Source: an uncultured Actinomycetes bacterium
GTDB taxonomy: Bacteria > Actinomycetota > UBA4738 > JBBDTT01
Length of the DNA stretch: 64,000 nt
Assembly: GCA_963742735.1 (NCBI GenBank)
Contig: CAVUMN010000004.1
Span: forward strand, 288,001-352,000
Direction of reading: 5' to 3'
The notes under the pieces were generated by a model. It worked only from the letters and a program-made list of their open reading frames with translations, was not told the origin of the DNA and did not search any database. Positions 18,284 through 28,816 of the stretch are shown one piece after another. Numbering within the stretch: position 1 is the stretch's first letter; each line of letters starts with the position of its first letter. Both the position numbers and the translations under genes were made by a program.

Positions 18284-18330
18284 GGAGGGACGTAGTCCCT
18301 CCCCGCAACGGTTTCGCGCGGTGTAGCGTC
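18284..18330 (+). promoter_or_regulatory. Hairpin plus ECF promoter GCAAC-N17-CGTC (leaderless gene at 18336)
   Basis: GGAGGGAC-GTA-GTCCCTCC 18284-18302; AAC 18307-18309; CGTC 18327-18330; ATG 5 nt later. Confidence 0.55.
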
Positions 18331-18335
18331 CGCGC

Positions 18336-19907
18336 ATGGGGCGCCAGCCCTCTCGAGTCTTCGCCCTGGGGGTCGCCGCGGTCACCATCGCGGTGACCGG
18401 GCTGGCCGTCGCGGCGGGTCGGTCCGAGCCTCCCGTACCAGCGCCCACGCCCGTCGCCTCCCCGCCGGGACCCGAGGAAGAACCCTTCCACGCGCTTTGG
18501 CCCGAACGAACCCGCGCGAAGGCCGAGGCCGCCCAGGCCGCCGCCGACGAGGCACGCGCGCCGGAGTGGCGCCTCGCCGCGAAGCTGACCGCTGAGATGT
18601 TCGTCCGACGCCTCATGGGCTGGAAGAACCTCGAGACGGTGCGCTCGGGATGCATCCTCGACTGCGTTCCACACGGGGACCGCCAGGGCTTCGCCGTCCT
18701 CCATGGCTGCCAAGCCTGTGAGGGGCTCAACGTGCGGGTCGAACGCCTGGTCACGAGGGGATCCGGCGGGATCTGGTCGGTGACCGCCGTGGCGAGCGAG
18801 TTTCAGCTCGGCGTCGACGTCGGCGACGTGGTTGCCGTGGGTGACGAGGTGTTCGCGTCCAGCCGCGCCGAGAGCGCCTTCGCGCCTCTCGAGGACGGCA
18901 CGCCGATCCACTCCGGCTTCTTCATCAGCGGCCGTTGCAACATCCGAAACACCGGTCCGGGTCTCGTCGAGGGCGGACGGGCGGAGGTGTTCGTGGACGC
19001 CTTCCTCGTCAATGAGTGCGCCGAGAACCGCGCCCTCGGCGGCTACCTGGTGGCAATGCGAAGCGACCTCACGGATGAGCCGGTCCCGGATCCCCTCCAA
19101 CCGCCGCTCGCCGGAGGACAGCTCAGGCTCACGGCCTTCGCCGCGGTGCCCGTGGTCTTTCGGGCCACGCCCATAACCGTCGCGGAGCCTTCCGACCCGG
19201 CCGAGGCGGCCGCCTTCGCTCGCGAGTTCATGCAGGCGCGAGTGCGTGGCTCCGACGTCGACGCGATGCTGTCCGAGTCGGCTCTGCGGACGTACGCGGC
19301 CCCGCCGAACGCCCTGAGCCTCGCGCCGTCGAAGGGGGTCCGACATCGCTTCCGGATGCGGGACGTGGTGGTCGTGACCGAGCCCTCGGGATACTCGGTC
19401 ATCGTCGTGCTCTTCCGCCATCACGAGGACGAGCGGATCCCCGTGCGCTCCGTGGAACAGCTTTTCCTGGAGGCGGGGTTCAACAGCCAGGGCGAGCAGC
19501 TCCCGCTGGTGATTCGAAACGGCGGCTCCTACTTCGGCGGCTACACCAAGAACGCATGCCTGCACGGAGGCATCTGCTGGGGCGTGTACCTGGCGCTGGG
19601 ACCACACGACGATGTCAACGTGAAGGCTCAGGCCGACCGGCTCCGACAGCTTGGGTTCGAGTCATACCCGGGGGCATACGGCGTCGCGGGACCGGGGTCC
19701 GAGAGGTACCCGGGCTCGATGTTCTGGGCCGTCGCCGCCGGGGGGATCGGCGCCGACGCCGGCGCGATCGAGGCCCTCGACGTCGGCCAGGACACGGACG
19801 CCGCGGTCGTCTACTTCACCTCGGAGGAGTCGGCCCGCGCTTTCTCTCTGCAGCTCGATCCGCCACCGGTCGCGATCGTACGAATCGTGATCTTCGGCGC
19901 CGACTGA
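18336..19907 (+). CDS. Secreted or anchored protein carrying the anti-sigma ectodomain modules A and B but no sigma-binding N-terminus
   Basis: Signal/TM N-terminus; LWPERTRAKAEAAQ...VERLVTRGSGGIWSVTAV and AREFMQARVRGS motifs; several Cys. Confidence 0.65.
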   Translation: MGRQPSRVFALGVAAVTIAVTGLAVAAGRSEPPVPAPTPVASPPGPEEEPFHALWPERTRAKAEAAQAAADEARAPEWRLAAKLTAEMFVRRLMGWKNLETVRSGCILDCVPHGDRQGFAVLHGCQACEGLNVRVERLVTRGSGGIWSVTAVASEFQLGVDVGDVVAVGDEVFASSRAESAFAPLEDGTPIHSGFFISGRCNIRNTGPGLVEGGRAEVFVDAFLVNECAENRALGGYLVAMRSDLTDEPVPDPLQPPLAGGQLRLTAFAAVPVVFRATPITVAEPSDPAEAAAFAREFMQARVRGSDVDAMLSESALRTYAAPPNALSLAPSKGVRHRFRMRDVVVVTEPSGYSVIVVLFRHHEDERIPVRSVEQLFLEAGFNSQGEQLPLVIRNGGSYFGGYTKNACLHGGICWGVYLALGPHDDVNVKAQADRLRQLGFESYPGAYGVAGPGSERYPGSMFWAVAAGGIGADAGAIEALDVGQDTDAAVVYFTSEESARAFSLQLDPPPVAIVRIVIFGAD

Positions 19908-19958
19908 ACGCGGAGGCGCCCACTTCTAACTGCGGCGGAGCGGTCGTAGCGTGGACTC

Positions 19959-20549
19959 ATGTACCGGCGCGCGTTCGTCTTGGCGTTGGTCATCGGATCG
20001 CTGGCCACCGCGAACGCGGCGGTCCTCGCCCTTCGGGGATCCACTGCGGACGAATCACCTCACCCGCAGACGACGCCGGCGGACCACTACATCCGGTTCG
20101 AGAGTCAGACGGAGAATCCCAGTCGCCCGGGCGTCCTCTCGATCGAGCTCTCGACCAATCTTCCGGTGGGGACGCGGATCGCGCGGGCGACGGCTTCGGA
20201 GTACGCGGAGGGAGGAACCTGCTGCCCAGGGATCACGTCGAACCGGATCCTCCTGACCCTGGTGAACAACGATTGCCACGTTGTGGACGGTGAGCTTCGT
20301 GGATCGAGATTCTCGCTGACGATCGTCGCCGGACCTCGAGTCGAGTACCTCCTGCCATGCGCGGGCCCGCCGGGCGGCTGCCGTCCGCAGAAGCAGCCCG
20401 CCTCGGTCCGGGCGGTCCTCGGCGACCACTTCGAACGGCTGCGCGGCGACCAGATGGTGGTCGATGAGGCCGAACGCCGGCTCGTGTTCGAGCACGAGTT
20501 CGAGTTCCCTGCCGAGACGTGCCTGGCAAACCCAGGGACGGACGGCTGA
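19959..20549 (+). CDS. Hypothetical secreted Cys-rich protein
   Basis: Signal peptide MYRRAFVLALVIGSLA; six Cys including a CC pair. Confidence 0.5.
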   Translation: MYRRAFVLALVIGSLATANAAVLALRGSTADESPHPQTTPADHYIRFESQTENPSRPGVLSIELSTNLPVGTRIARATASEYAEGGTCCPGITSNRILLTLVNNDCHVVDGELRGSRFSLTIVAGPRVEYLLPCAGPPGGCRPQKQPASVRAVLGDHFERLRGDQMVVDEAERRLVFEHEFEFPAETCLANPGTDG

Positions 20550-20617
20550 GAGAGATGCGAGGATCGCCCGGCTCGTCCCGCTCTTGCTTCTCAGCCGAAT
20601 TGAGCGTCTACTGAGGC

Positions 20618-21073
20618 ATGACATCAATCAAGCGCGTTCTCGTCCTCCTCGTCCTCGTCAGCCTCGCCTTGACCGCCTGTGGCGGTGACCCCGAGCCAAG
20701 CCAGACCACGACGGCCCCCACCGGGACGCCCGGTTCGCCGGCCGGCTCTCCCGCCGGAGGCGCGGTCGACCTCACCGGAACCTGGAACGGAACCTACGGG
20801 GCCGGGGATCAGGTGGCCGGGACGTTCACCATCGAGTTCACGCAGACGGGGAACCAGGTCACGGGCACCATCGACATTCAGGGCTCCCCCTGCGTCTCTC
20901 ACGGCGAGATCAGCGGCGGCCTGAGCGGAAACCAGATCACGTTCGGCGCCGTTGAGGCGGAGCAGTCGATCTCGTTCACGGGTGAGGTCTCCGGCGACCA
21001 CATGTCCGGGGACTTCTCGGCGCCCGCCTGCGAGGCCGGCACCTCCGGAGACTGGGAGGCCGACCGGGCGTAG
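20618..21073 (+). CDS. Hypothetical lipoprotein with beta-barrel-like repeat
   Basis: Lipobox LTAC, Pro/Thr linker, DLTGTWNG...ISFTG.VSGD.MSG.F. Confidence 0.7.
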   Translation: MTSIKRVLVLLVLVSLALTACGGDPEPSQTTTAPTGTPGSPAGSPAGGAVDLTGTWNGTYGAGDQVAGTFTIEFTQTGNQVTGTIDIQGSPCVSHGEISGGLSGNQITFGAVEAEQSISFTGEVSGDHMSGDFSAPACEAGTSGDWEADRA

Positions 21074-21081
21074 GCCGGTCC

Positions 21082-21719
21082 CTAGCTGCCGGCGCCGATC
21101 AAGCCGAACGCTTCGGCCCGCGTCTTGGGGTCGCTGCGGAACAGACCTCGCACCGTCGACGTCACCGTCTGACTGCCTGGCTTCTTCACGCCGCGCATCG
21201 TCATGCAGAGGTGCTCGGCCTCGATCACGACCATCACTCCGCGCGGGTCGAGCTGTTTCTCGATGGCGTCGGCGATCTGCGTCGTCATCCGCTCCTGAAC
21301 CTGCAGCCGCCGGGCGCACACGTCGACCACGCGCGCCAGCTTCGAGATCCCGGTGATGCGGCCGCTCTTGTTCGGGATATAGGCCACATGGGCCTTGCCC
21401 ATGAACGGGACCAGGTGGTGCTCGCAGAGCGCGGCGAACGGGATGTCGCGGACCATGACCATCTCGTCGTGGCCCTCGGCGAACGTGACGTTCAGGACCT
21501 CGGCCTCGTCCTGCCACGAGCCGGCCAGGACCTCCTCGTACATGTCGGCGACCCGCTCGGGGGTCCTGGCGAGTCCCTCGCGATCGACGTCCTCGCCGAG
21601 GCCCTTCAGCAGATCGCGGATCGCGTTGACGACGACGTCCCGGTCGAACGCCCGGTTCGGGCCCTTCGGGCCTCCGGAGTCCGGGTCGCCGCCCGTCGGG
21701 CCGGGCGTCTGCGACGGGG

Positions 21720-21723
<4 letters not shown>
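21082..21723 (-). CDS. folE: GTP cyclohydrolase I
   Basis: [32 protein letters not shown] and HLCMTMRG motifs; GTG overlaps the ftsH stop. Confidence 0.96.
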
Positions 21724-23606
<1,883 letters not shown>

Positions 23607-23770
23607 GAGCGGCCCCCGAAGGATCCTGCGGAATCGGGGCTCGGGTTGCGTGGGAAAGCTCCTTTTCTGAAGTCGAAGGGACCGCCAGGCGCGGCGATCC
23701 CGGCATCGATGCTAGCACGCAGTTCTGCCAGACTACCCGGGTGCATCGGCCCGGGCGGTACGCCCGCCGG

Positions 23771-24367
23771 ATGCTTCCCCTCGTGCTGGCGTGCGCGCTT
23801 TTCGCCTGCACCCCGGAGACCACCGACCCCCTCATCGAGGCGGGCGAGGACCTCCTGGAGACGTTCGATCCGAACACCGATCCGGAGAGCGGGTTCGCCT
23901 CGCTGAACCGCTTCGCCGCGGAGCGTCCGATGCTGGCCGCCGACACCGCGCAGGGGCTCGTGGAGGCTCAGGAGGACGACACGCGCTACGCCGCCGTGTA
24001 CGTCCTGGGGCTGACCGCCGACGGCCAGGACGAGCTCGAGGCCCTGCGCCGGGTGACGGACGACCCCCTGTCCTACCTGCGGGCGATCGCCGCGGGCGCG
24101 CTGATCGGGATCGGCGACGTCGACGCCATCCCGGTCCTGATCGACTTGCTCGTCGCCACGGACGAGATCCCCGGCTCGCTCCCCTCGACGTTCGTGGACC
24201 GGTTCGCCTCGGAGGTCCTCACCTCGTACACCGGCCAGGACTTCGGGGTCAGGGAGGCACGTGGCAGCGCCGCCCGCGCCGAGGCCCAGGGCCGCTGGCG
24301 CGGCTGGTTCGAGTCGGTGCGCGGGACGATCCGATGGGATCCCGGCTCCCGCAGGTACCTCACGTGA
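23771..24367 (+). CDS. HEAT-repeat lipoprotein
   Basis: MLPLVLACALFAC lipobox-like; RYAAVYVLG, RAIAAGALIGIG and AIPVLIDLL HEAT motifs. Confidence 0.65.
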   Translation: MLPLVLACALFACTPETTDPLIEAGEDLLETFDPNTDPESGFASLNRFAAERPMLAADTAQGLVEAQEDDTRYAAVYVLGLTADGQDELEALRRVTDDPLSYLRAIAAGALIGIGDVDAIPVLIDLLVATDEIPGSLPSTFVDRFASEVLTSYTGQDFGVREARGSAARAEAQGRWRGWFESVRGTIRWDPGSRRYLT

Positions 24368-25314
24368 GGCGGCTGGGCGTGGTCCTGGCCGCGATGACGA
24401 TGCTCGTCGCGCTGGCGAGCCCGGCCCCGGCGGCGAACGAGCTCCGGACGGAGAACAACCGGGTGCTGGTCACGATCCCGATCCGGATCGCGGGCGCCGT
24501 CGATGAGACCGAGGCCATCCGCAAGCTCAACGGCCAGGGCGAACGGCTCGGCGCGGACCCCCTGTTCGGATGCTTCGCCGTCGCGCCCTTGGTGGCGGCC
24601 GAGCCCGGCCCGGACGCCCACCTGCTGAGGGTGCTGCCCCAGCGGCCGGGCCAGTTCGTCCGGCCCAGCGCGTCCGGCTCGCCCGACCCGTTCACCGGCC
24701 CGCGCGAGGTCGTCGTCGGCTCGCTGCAGCTCGACGCGGCCGACCCCCTGGAGGGGCCGCTGCCCCTGCTGCTCGCCGAGCTGCCCCGGACGGGCGAGGT
24801 GGACTTCCTCTCCTCGGTCCTGGAGCGGGCGACGGCCGAGGCAGGGCTCGGCTCGCTCAAGCCGTGCCGTTGGAGGGGCGTCCTGGCCCTGCGCGCCGAG
24901 TTCGACCGCTATCACCTGACGGTCGGGTCGGACATCCCGTTCACGTTCGCCGTGCGGCCCGACGGCGCGATCACGGCCCGCATGGGGAAGATGGTCCGGG
25001 CGGCCACGGCCGAGGACCCCGACCTCGGCCACTGCTCGACCGAGGACGCCCCCGGGTTCGGCATCCGCGTGACCGGCACGGCCGAGGCCGGCCGGTTCAC
25101 GTTCGAGTTCACCCCGCGGGGCCGGGAGGTGGACTTCACCATGTCCTGCTCGAGCGGCAACCTGGAGATCGGCGGGGACTACCTGCGGGCTGCGTTCCAG
25201 CCCCAGGGACGGCTGACCCTGGAAGTCGCGCCGCGCGGCGGCGCCACCGCGGCGGCGAAGGGAGCGATCCAGGGGCGGGCGACCAGCGCGCGGGTCACCG
25301 TCCACCGGGCCTAG
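24364..25314 (+). CDS. Hypothetical secreted protein
   Basis: GTGA overlap with the previous gene; signal peptide RRLGVVLAAMTMLVALASPAPAA. Confidence 0.6.
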   Translation: MRRLGVVLAAMTMLVALASPAPAANELRTENNRVLVTIPIRIAGAVDETEAIRKLNGQGERLGADPLFGCFAVAPLVAAEPGPDAHLLRVLPQRPGQFVRPSASGSPDPFTGPREVVVGSLQLDAADPLEGPLPLLLAELPRTGEVDFLSSVLERATAEAGLGSLKPCRWRGVLALRAEFDRYHLTVGSDIPFTFAVRPDGAITARMGKMVRAATAEDPDLGHCSTEDAPGFGIRVTGTAEAGRFTFEFTPRGREVDFTMSCSSGNLEIGGDYLRAAFQPQGRLTLEVAPRGGATAAAKGAIQGRATSARVTVHRA

Positions 25315-25913
25315 CCGGCGGCGTACGCCTCCTTGCGAAGGGTCGCCACATAGGGGAGGTTGCGGTACTTCTCGCCGAAGTCGAGGCCGTAGCCCACGAC
25401 GAACTCGCTGGGGATGTCGAAGCCGCGGTACTTGATGTCGAGCGGCACGCGCTGCATCTCCGTCTTGTGCAGGAGCGCGGCCACCTCGAGCGTCGCGGGC
25501 TTGCGCGTGCGGAGGTTCTTGAGCAGGTAGTTCAGGGTCAGACCGCTGTCGATGATGTCCTCGACCAGCAGCACGTTGCGGCCCTGGATCTCGTGGTCGA
25601 GGTCCTTGAGGATCCGCACGACCCCGCTGGTCCGGGTAGCCGACCCATACGACGACACGGCCATGAAGTCGAACTCCAGGGGCAGCCGGATGTTTCGGGC
25701 CAGGTCGGCCATCACCATGAACGCGCCCTTCAACACCCCCACCAACAGCAGGTCCTGGCCGGCGTAGTCGGAGGTGATGGCCTCGCCGAGCTCGCGAAGC
25801 TTGGCCTGGATCTCCTCCTCGGAGATCAGGACCCGCTCGATGTCGTCGTCGTACTCGGCCACGTGAGCGGCCAGTGTAGCGAGATCGGTTCCTGGGTCCG
25901 GGGCGACGTTCAC
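25311..25913 (-). CDS. hpt: Hypoxanthine phosphoribosyltransferase
   Basis: VLKGA, SSYG, VLLVEDIIDSGLTL, FVVGYGLD and YRNLP motifs; RBS AAGGAGG before GTG 25913. Confidence 0.96.
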   Translation of the reverse strand: MNVAPDPGTDLATLAAHVAEYDDDIERVLISEEEIQAKLRELGEAITSDYAGQDLLLVGVLKGAFMVMADLARNIRLPLEFDFMAVSSYGSATRTSGVVRILKDLDHEIQGRNVLLVEDIIDSGLTLNYLLKNLRTRKPATLEVAALLHKTEMQRVPLDIKYRGFDIPSEFVVGYGLDFGEKYRNLPYVATLRKEAYAAG

Positions 25914-25930
25914 GCGCTCCTCCTTGCGGC

Positions 25931-26950
25931 TCAGGGGGAAGGCCTGCGTGCCGACCGGGGAAGGAGGGAGAGGCGAACATACGACCTGTCCCGCGTCGCG
26001 AGCAAGGCCCCGGGCAGATCCACCCGGCGCCCTGGGCGGCCGGAGGCCAGGTCGACGACGGCGTCGACGTGCGCCCGGGTGGGCTCGACGACCCCCAGCG
26101 TGCGCAGGGCGCGCAAGACGACCCGGGACGCGACGGGCTCGGGGAGCGCTCGCAGCGCGACGGCGCGCAGCCGCCATCCGGCGCCGTCCTCGACCGCGAT
26201 CTCCTCGAAGGCCTCCTCGCCCAGGCGCCGAAGGAGGTCGGCGTCTCGGCGAAGCCCATCGCCGGTCCGGGCCAGGGACTCGACGACCCCTCGTCCGGTC
26301 GCCGCCTCCAGGGCGGGGAGCACGTCGTGACGAAGCGCGGCGCGAAGGTAGCGGGGGTCCCGGTTCATCGGATCGGGCCGGGGCCGGATGCGCAGGGCCC
26401 GGCAGAACGAGTGGGTCTCCTGGCGCGTGACGTCCAGGAGGGGACGCACGAACCGGTCCCGGGCCGGGGGGATCCCGGCCAGCGCCTCGAGCCCCCCGCC
26501 GCGGACGGCCGCGGCCAGGACCGTCTCGGCCTGGTCGTTCGCGGTGTGGGCGGTGGCCACCAGGTCGGCCTCCGCGTCGTGCAGAGCGTGCTCGAACAGC
26601 CGGTAGCGCTGCGCGCGGAGCCAGGCCTCCGGCGACGCGCCTCGCGGTTTCGCACGCTCCACGCGGTAGACGGCACACGGGAGCCCCAGCTTCGCCGCGG
26701 CCCGTTCGACGTAGCGGGCGTCGGCGGCGCTCTCGGGCCGCTGGGCGTGATCGACGTGGACCACCGACAGGCGGACGCGCAGCAGCCGTCGCAGGGCGTG
26801 CATCGCGTGCAGGAGGCACATCGAGTCCCCGCCGCCCGACACGGCGAGCACCACCTTCGTCCCCGGCGGGATCAGGTCGTGGCGGCGGACGGTCCCGGTG
26901 ACCCGCTCCAGGACGCGGGCGACGGCCGGAGGCCGGCGCGTCGCGGCCAC
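25931..26950 (-). CDS. tilS: tRNA(Ile)-lysidine synthetase
   Basis: PP-loop SGGGDS, HTANDQAET, RPLL, DPMN; adjacent to hpt. Confidence 0.93.
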   Translation of the reverse strand: MAATRRPPAVARVLERVTGTVRRHDLIPPGTKVVLAVSGGGDSMCLLHAMHALRRLLRVRLSVVHVDHAQRPESAADARYVERAAAKLGLPCAVYRVERAKPRGASPEAWLRAQRYRLFEHALHDAEADLVATAHTANDQAETVLAAAVRGGGLEALAGIPPARDRFVRPLLDVTRQETHSFCRALRIRPRPDPMNRDPRYLRAALRHDVLPALEAATGRGVVESLARTGDGLRRDADLLRRLGEEAFEEIAVEDGAGWRLRAVALRALPEPVASRVVLRALRTLGVVEPTRAHVDAVVDLASGRPGRRVDLPGALLATRDRSYVRLSLLPRSARRPSP

Positions 26951-26951
26951 C

Positions 26952-28007
26952 TCACTCCGCCGCGACTCGCGAGACCCAGCGCTCGGGCCGGGAGACCTCC
27001 TCGAGCGAGGGCAGGTTCGCCGGATCGCTCCACACGCGGTTGAACCCGGTCATCCCCGCGGCGTCCACGACCTCGGCCACGAAGCGCTCCCCCTGGTCGT
27101 ACTGGCGCACCTTCGCGTCGAAGCCGATCGCGCGCTGGAACGCCTTCTCGACGCCGGCCGAGCTCCGGCGCTCCTTCAGGGTCGCCCGCATCCGCGCGCC
27201 CTGGTTGACGTTCCCGTCCGCGAGCTCGTCCATGACGAAGTTGCCGTGTCCCTCGAGGAGCGACATCACCGCCTGCATCCGGCGGAAGGTCACGCGCTGC
27301 TCGGGGGTCATGAGCAGGAACAGCACGCCGAGGCCCTTCCACTCGCCGTGGCCGGAGCGGATCTCCTCGACGGCGCGGCGCAGCGCCACCACGAGCTCCC
27401 GCGGGTCGAGCTTGATCGAGTCGAAGTAGGTGTCGACCAGGCCGCTGACGTGCCCGCGCAGCCACGGCACGCCCGAGAACTGGAGCTGGTGGTCCACCTC
27501 GTGCAGGGTCAGCCACATCCGGAAGTCGCGGGCGGGGAAGCGGAACCGGCGCTCGACCGTCACGATGTTCGGGCCGACGAAGTAGATGAGGCCCTGGTCC
27601 TCGGGGGCCAGGAACAGGTCGTACTGCCCCAGGACCTTCTTCGACAGGTAGCCGAGCAGCAGGCCGATCTGCAAGGCGAGCCCCTGGCGACGGACGGGGG
27701 CGAACAGTCCGTCGCGGACGCCGACCCGCTCGGCCAGGGGGTCGATGAGGCGGCGGAAGCCGCGCATGTTCTGGTCGATCCACTCGCCGCGGGTCATCAC
27801 CCAGCCGCGGGCCGGCTCGGGGCCCCCAGGCAGGCCGGTGAAGTCCATCACCAGCTTCTGGGCCTCGGGGACGATCTCGCCGAAGTCCTCGGCCAGCCGG
27901 GCCCGGTCGATGGGGGTCAGCGTCGGGCCCTCTCCGGCCACACGTTTCGCGATCCGCGCCGCCGAGGACCAGTCGACCAGGCGCCCCGCGGGGGTCCGGT
28001 CGGTCAC
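26952..28007 (-). CDS. Zinc-dependent metalloprotease / putative hydrolase (Rv3626c-like)
   Basis: LGQYD, HEVDH, MSLLEGH and KVRQY..G..F motifs; conserved position upstream of tilS. Confidence 0.85.
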   Translation of the reverse strand: MTDRTPAGRLVDWSSAARIAKRVAGEGPTLTPIDRARLAEDFGEIVPEAQKLVMDFTGLPGGPEPARGWVMTRGEWIDQNMRGFRRLIDPLAERVGVRDGLFAPVRRQGLALQIGLLLGYLSKKVLGQYDLFLAPEDQGLIYFVGPNIVTVERRFRFPARDFRMWLTLHEVDHQLQFSGVPWLRGHVSGLVDTYFDSIKLDPRELVVALRRAVEEIRSGHGEWKGLGVLFLLMTPEQRVTFRRMQAVMSLLEGHGNFVMDELADGNVNQGARMRATLKERRSSAGVEKAFQRAIGFDAKVRQYDQGERFVAEVVDAAGMTGFNRVWSDPANLPSLEEVSRPERWVSRVAAE

Positions 28008-28729
28008 GACTTCGACTCGCCGCCTCCCTCGGAGCCGGACGCCTCCTCGGCGGCCTCCCCCGAGGATTCCTCGGAGGTCTCCTTCGCCTCGGCCTCGGCC
28101 TCGGGCCGAGCCTCGGCGGGGGTCTGCTCGCCCTCGGGCTCGCCGGTTTCGGCGGCCTCCTCCTTCGCGGGCTCGGCGGGGGGCTCGGGCTCGGCCGTGG
28201 ACGGCTCCGGCTCGGGCTCGGCGGCGGGCTCGGGCTCAGCCGTGGCCTCCTCCTTGGCGGCCTCTGGCTCGGCGGCGGCCTCGGCCTTGGCGGGCTCGGG
28301 CTTGGGAGCCTCGGGCTTGGGAGCCTGGGTCGCGGCGACCTGGGCCGCGCTCGCCGATCCGGCCGGAGTGGTGGCCTGGCGCGCCGGGGCGGAGGGAGCC
28401 TGCGGCGACGCGGCGAGGGCCTGCGGCTGGGTGAGGGCCACGGCGGCGGCGGTGCGCGCGCCCGGAGGCAGCTTGCGGCGCGCGGCGCCTTCCGGAGGCT
28501 TCTTGTCCGAGCCGAACGACGGCGCGAAGCGCACGTACGCCGCGGCGAGGCCCAGGATGAGCGCGCCGCCCAGGAGGATCGAGCCGAAGCCCGAGAGGAT
28601 CGTCCACCCGGTCACCGGCTGGGACGGCTCGCCGGTGATGTTCGGTGTGGTCTGGGCGAGGGCCACGGCGGGCAGGGACAACAGCAGAAGGGTGACGAGG
28701 GCGGTGAGCACGGCGCGGATGGCTCGCAC
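28004..28729 (-). CDS. Hypothetical membrane protein with Ala/Glu/Pro-rich disordered tail
   Basis: Signal peptide, TM helix, then EPAAEPEPEP-like low-complexity region; TAGAAT -10 8 nt upstream. Confidence 0.6.
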   Translation of the reverse strand: MRAIRAVLTALVTLLLLSLPAVALAQTTPNITGEPSQPVTGWTILSGFGSILLGGALILGLAAAYVRFAPSFGSDKKPPEGAARRKLPPGARTAAAVALTQPQALAASPQAPSAPARQATTPAGSASAAQVAATQAPKPEAPKPEPAKAEAAAEPEAAKEEATAEPEPAAEPEPEPSTAEPEPPAEPAKEEAAETGEPEGEQTPAEARPEAEAEAKETSEESSGEAAEEASGSEGGGESKS

Positions 28730-28762
28730 GGTCGGCGATTCTAGTGCACGACGCCGGACAAC

Positions 28763-28796
28763 CGAGAGGCCCCCGGCGCTCGCCGAGGGCCTCTCG
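28763..28796. terminator. GC-rich hairpin, probable terminator after 28817-29308
   Basis: CGAGAGGCCC.CGGCG-CT-CGCCG.GGGCCTCTCG. Confidence 0.55.
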
Positions 28797-28816
28797 AGAT
28801 CCTGCGAGTGAGCAGG

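Noticed and set aside
19921-19958. ECF promoter before 19959
   Set aside because: TAAC is present, but CGT elements lie at 14 or 19 nt spacing, which does not match the other sites.
28030-28330. Short tandem-like repeats (GGCTCG/GCCTCG) as a CRISPR array or VNTR
   Set aside because: They encode the Glu/Pro/Ala low-complexity tail of 28004-28729; there is no repeat-spacer periodicity and no cas genes.
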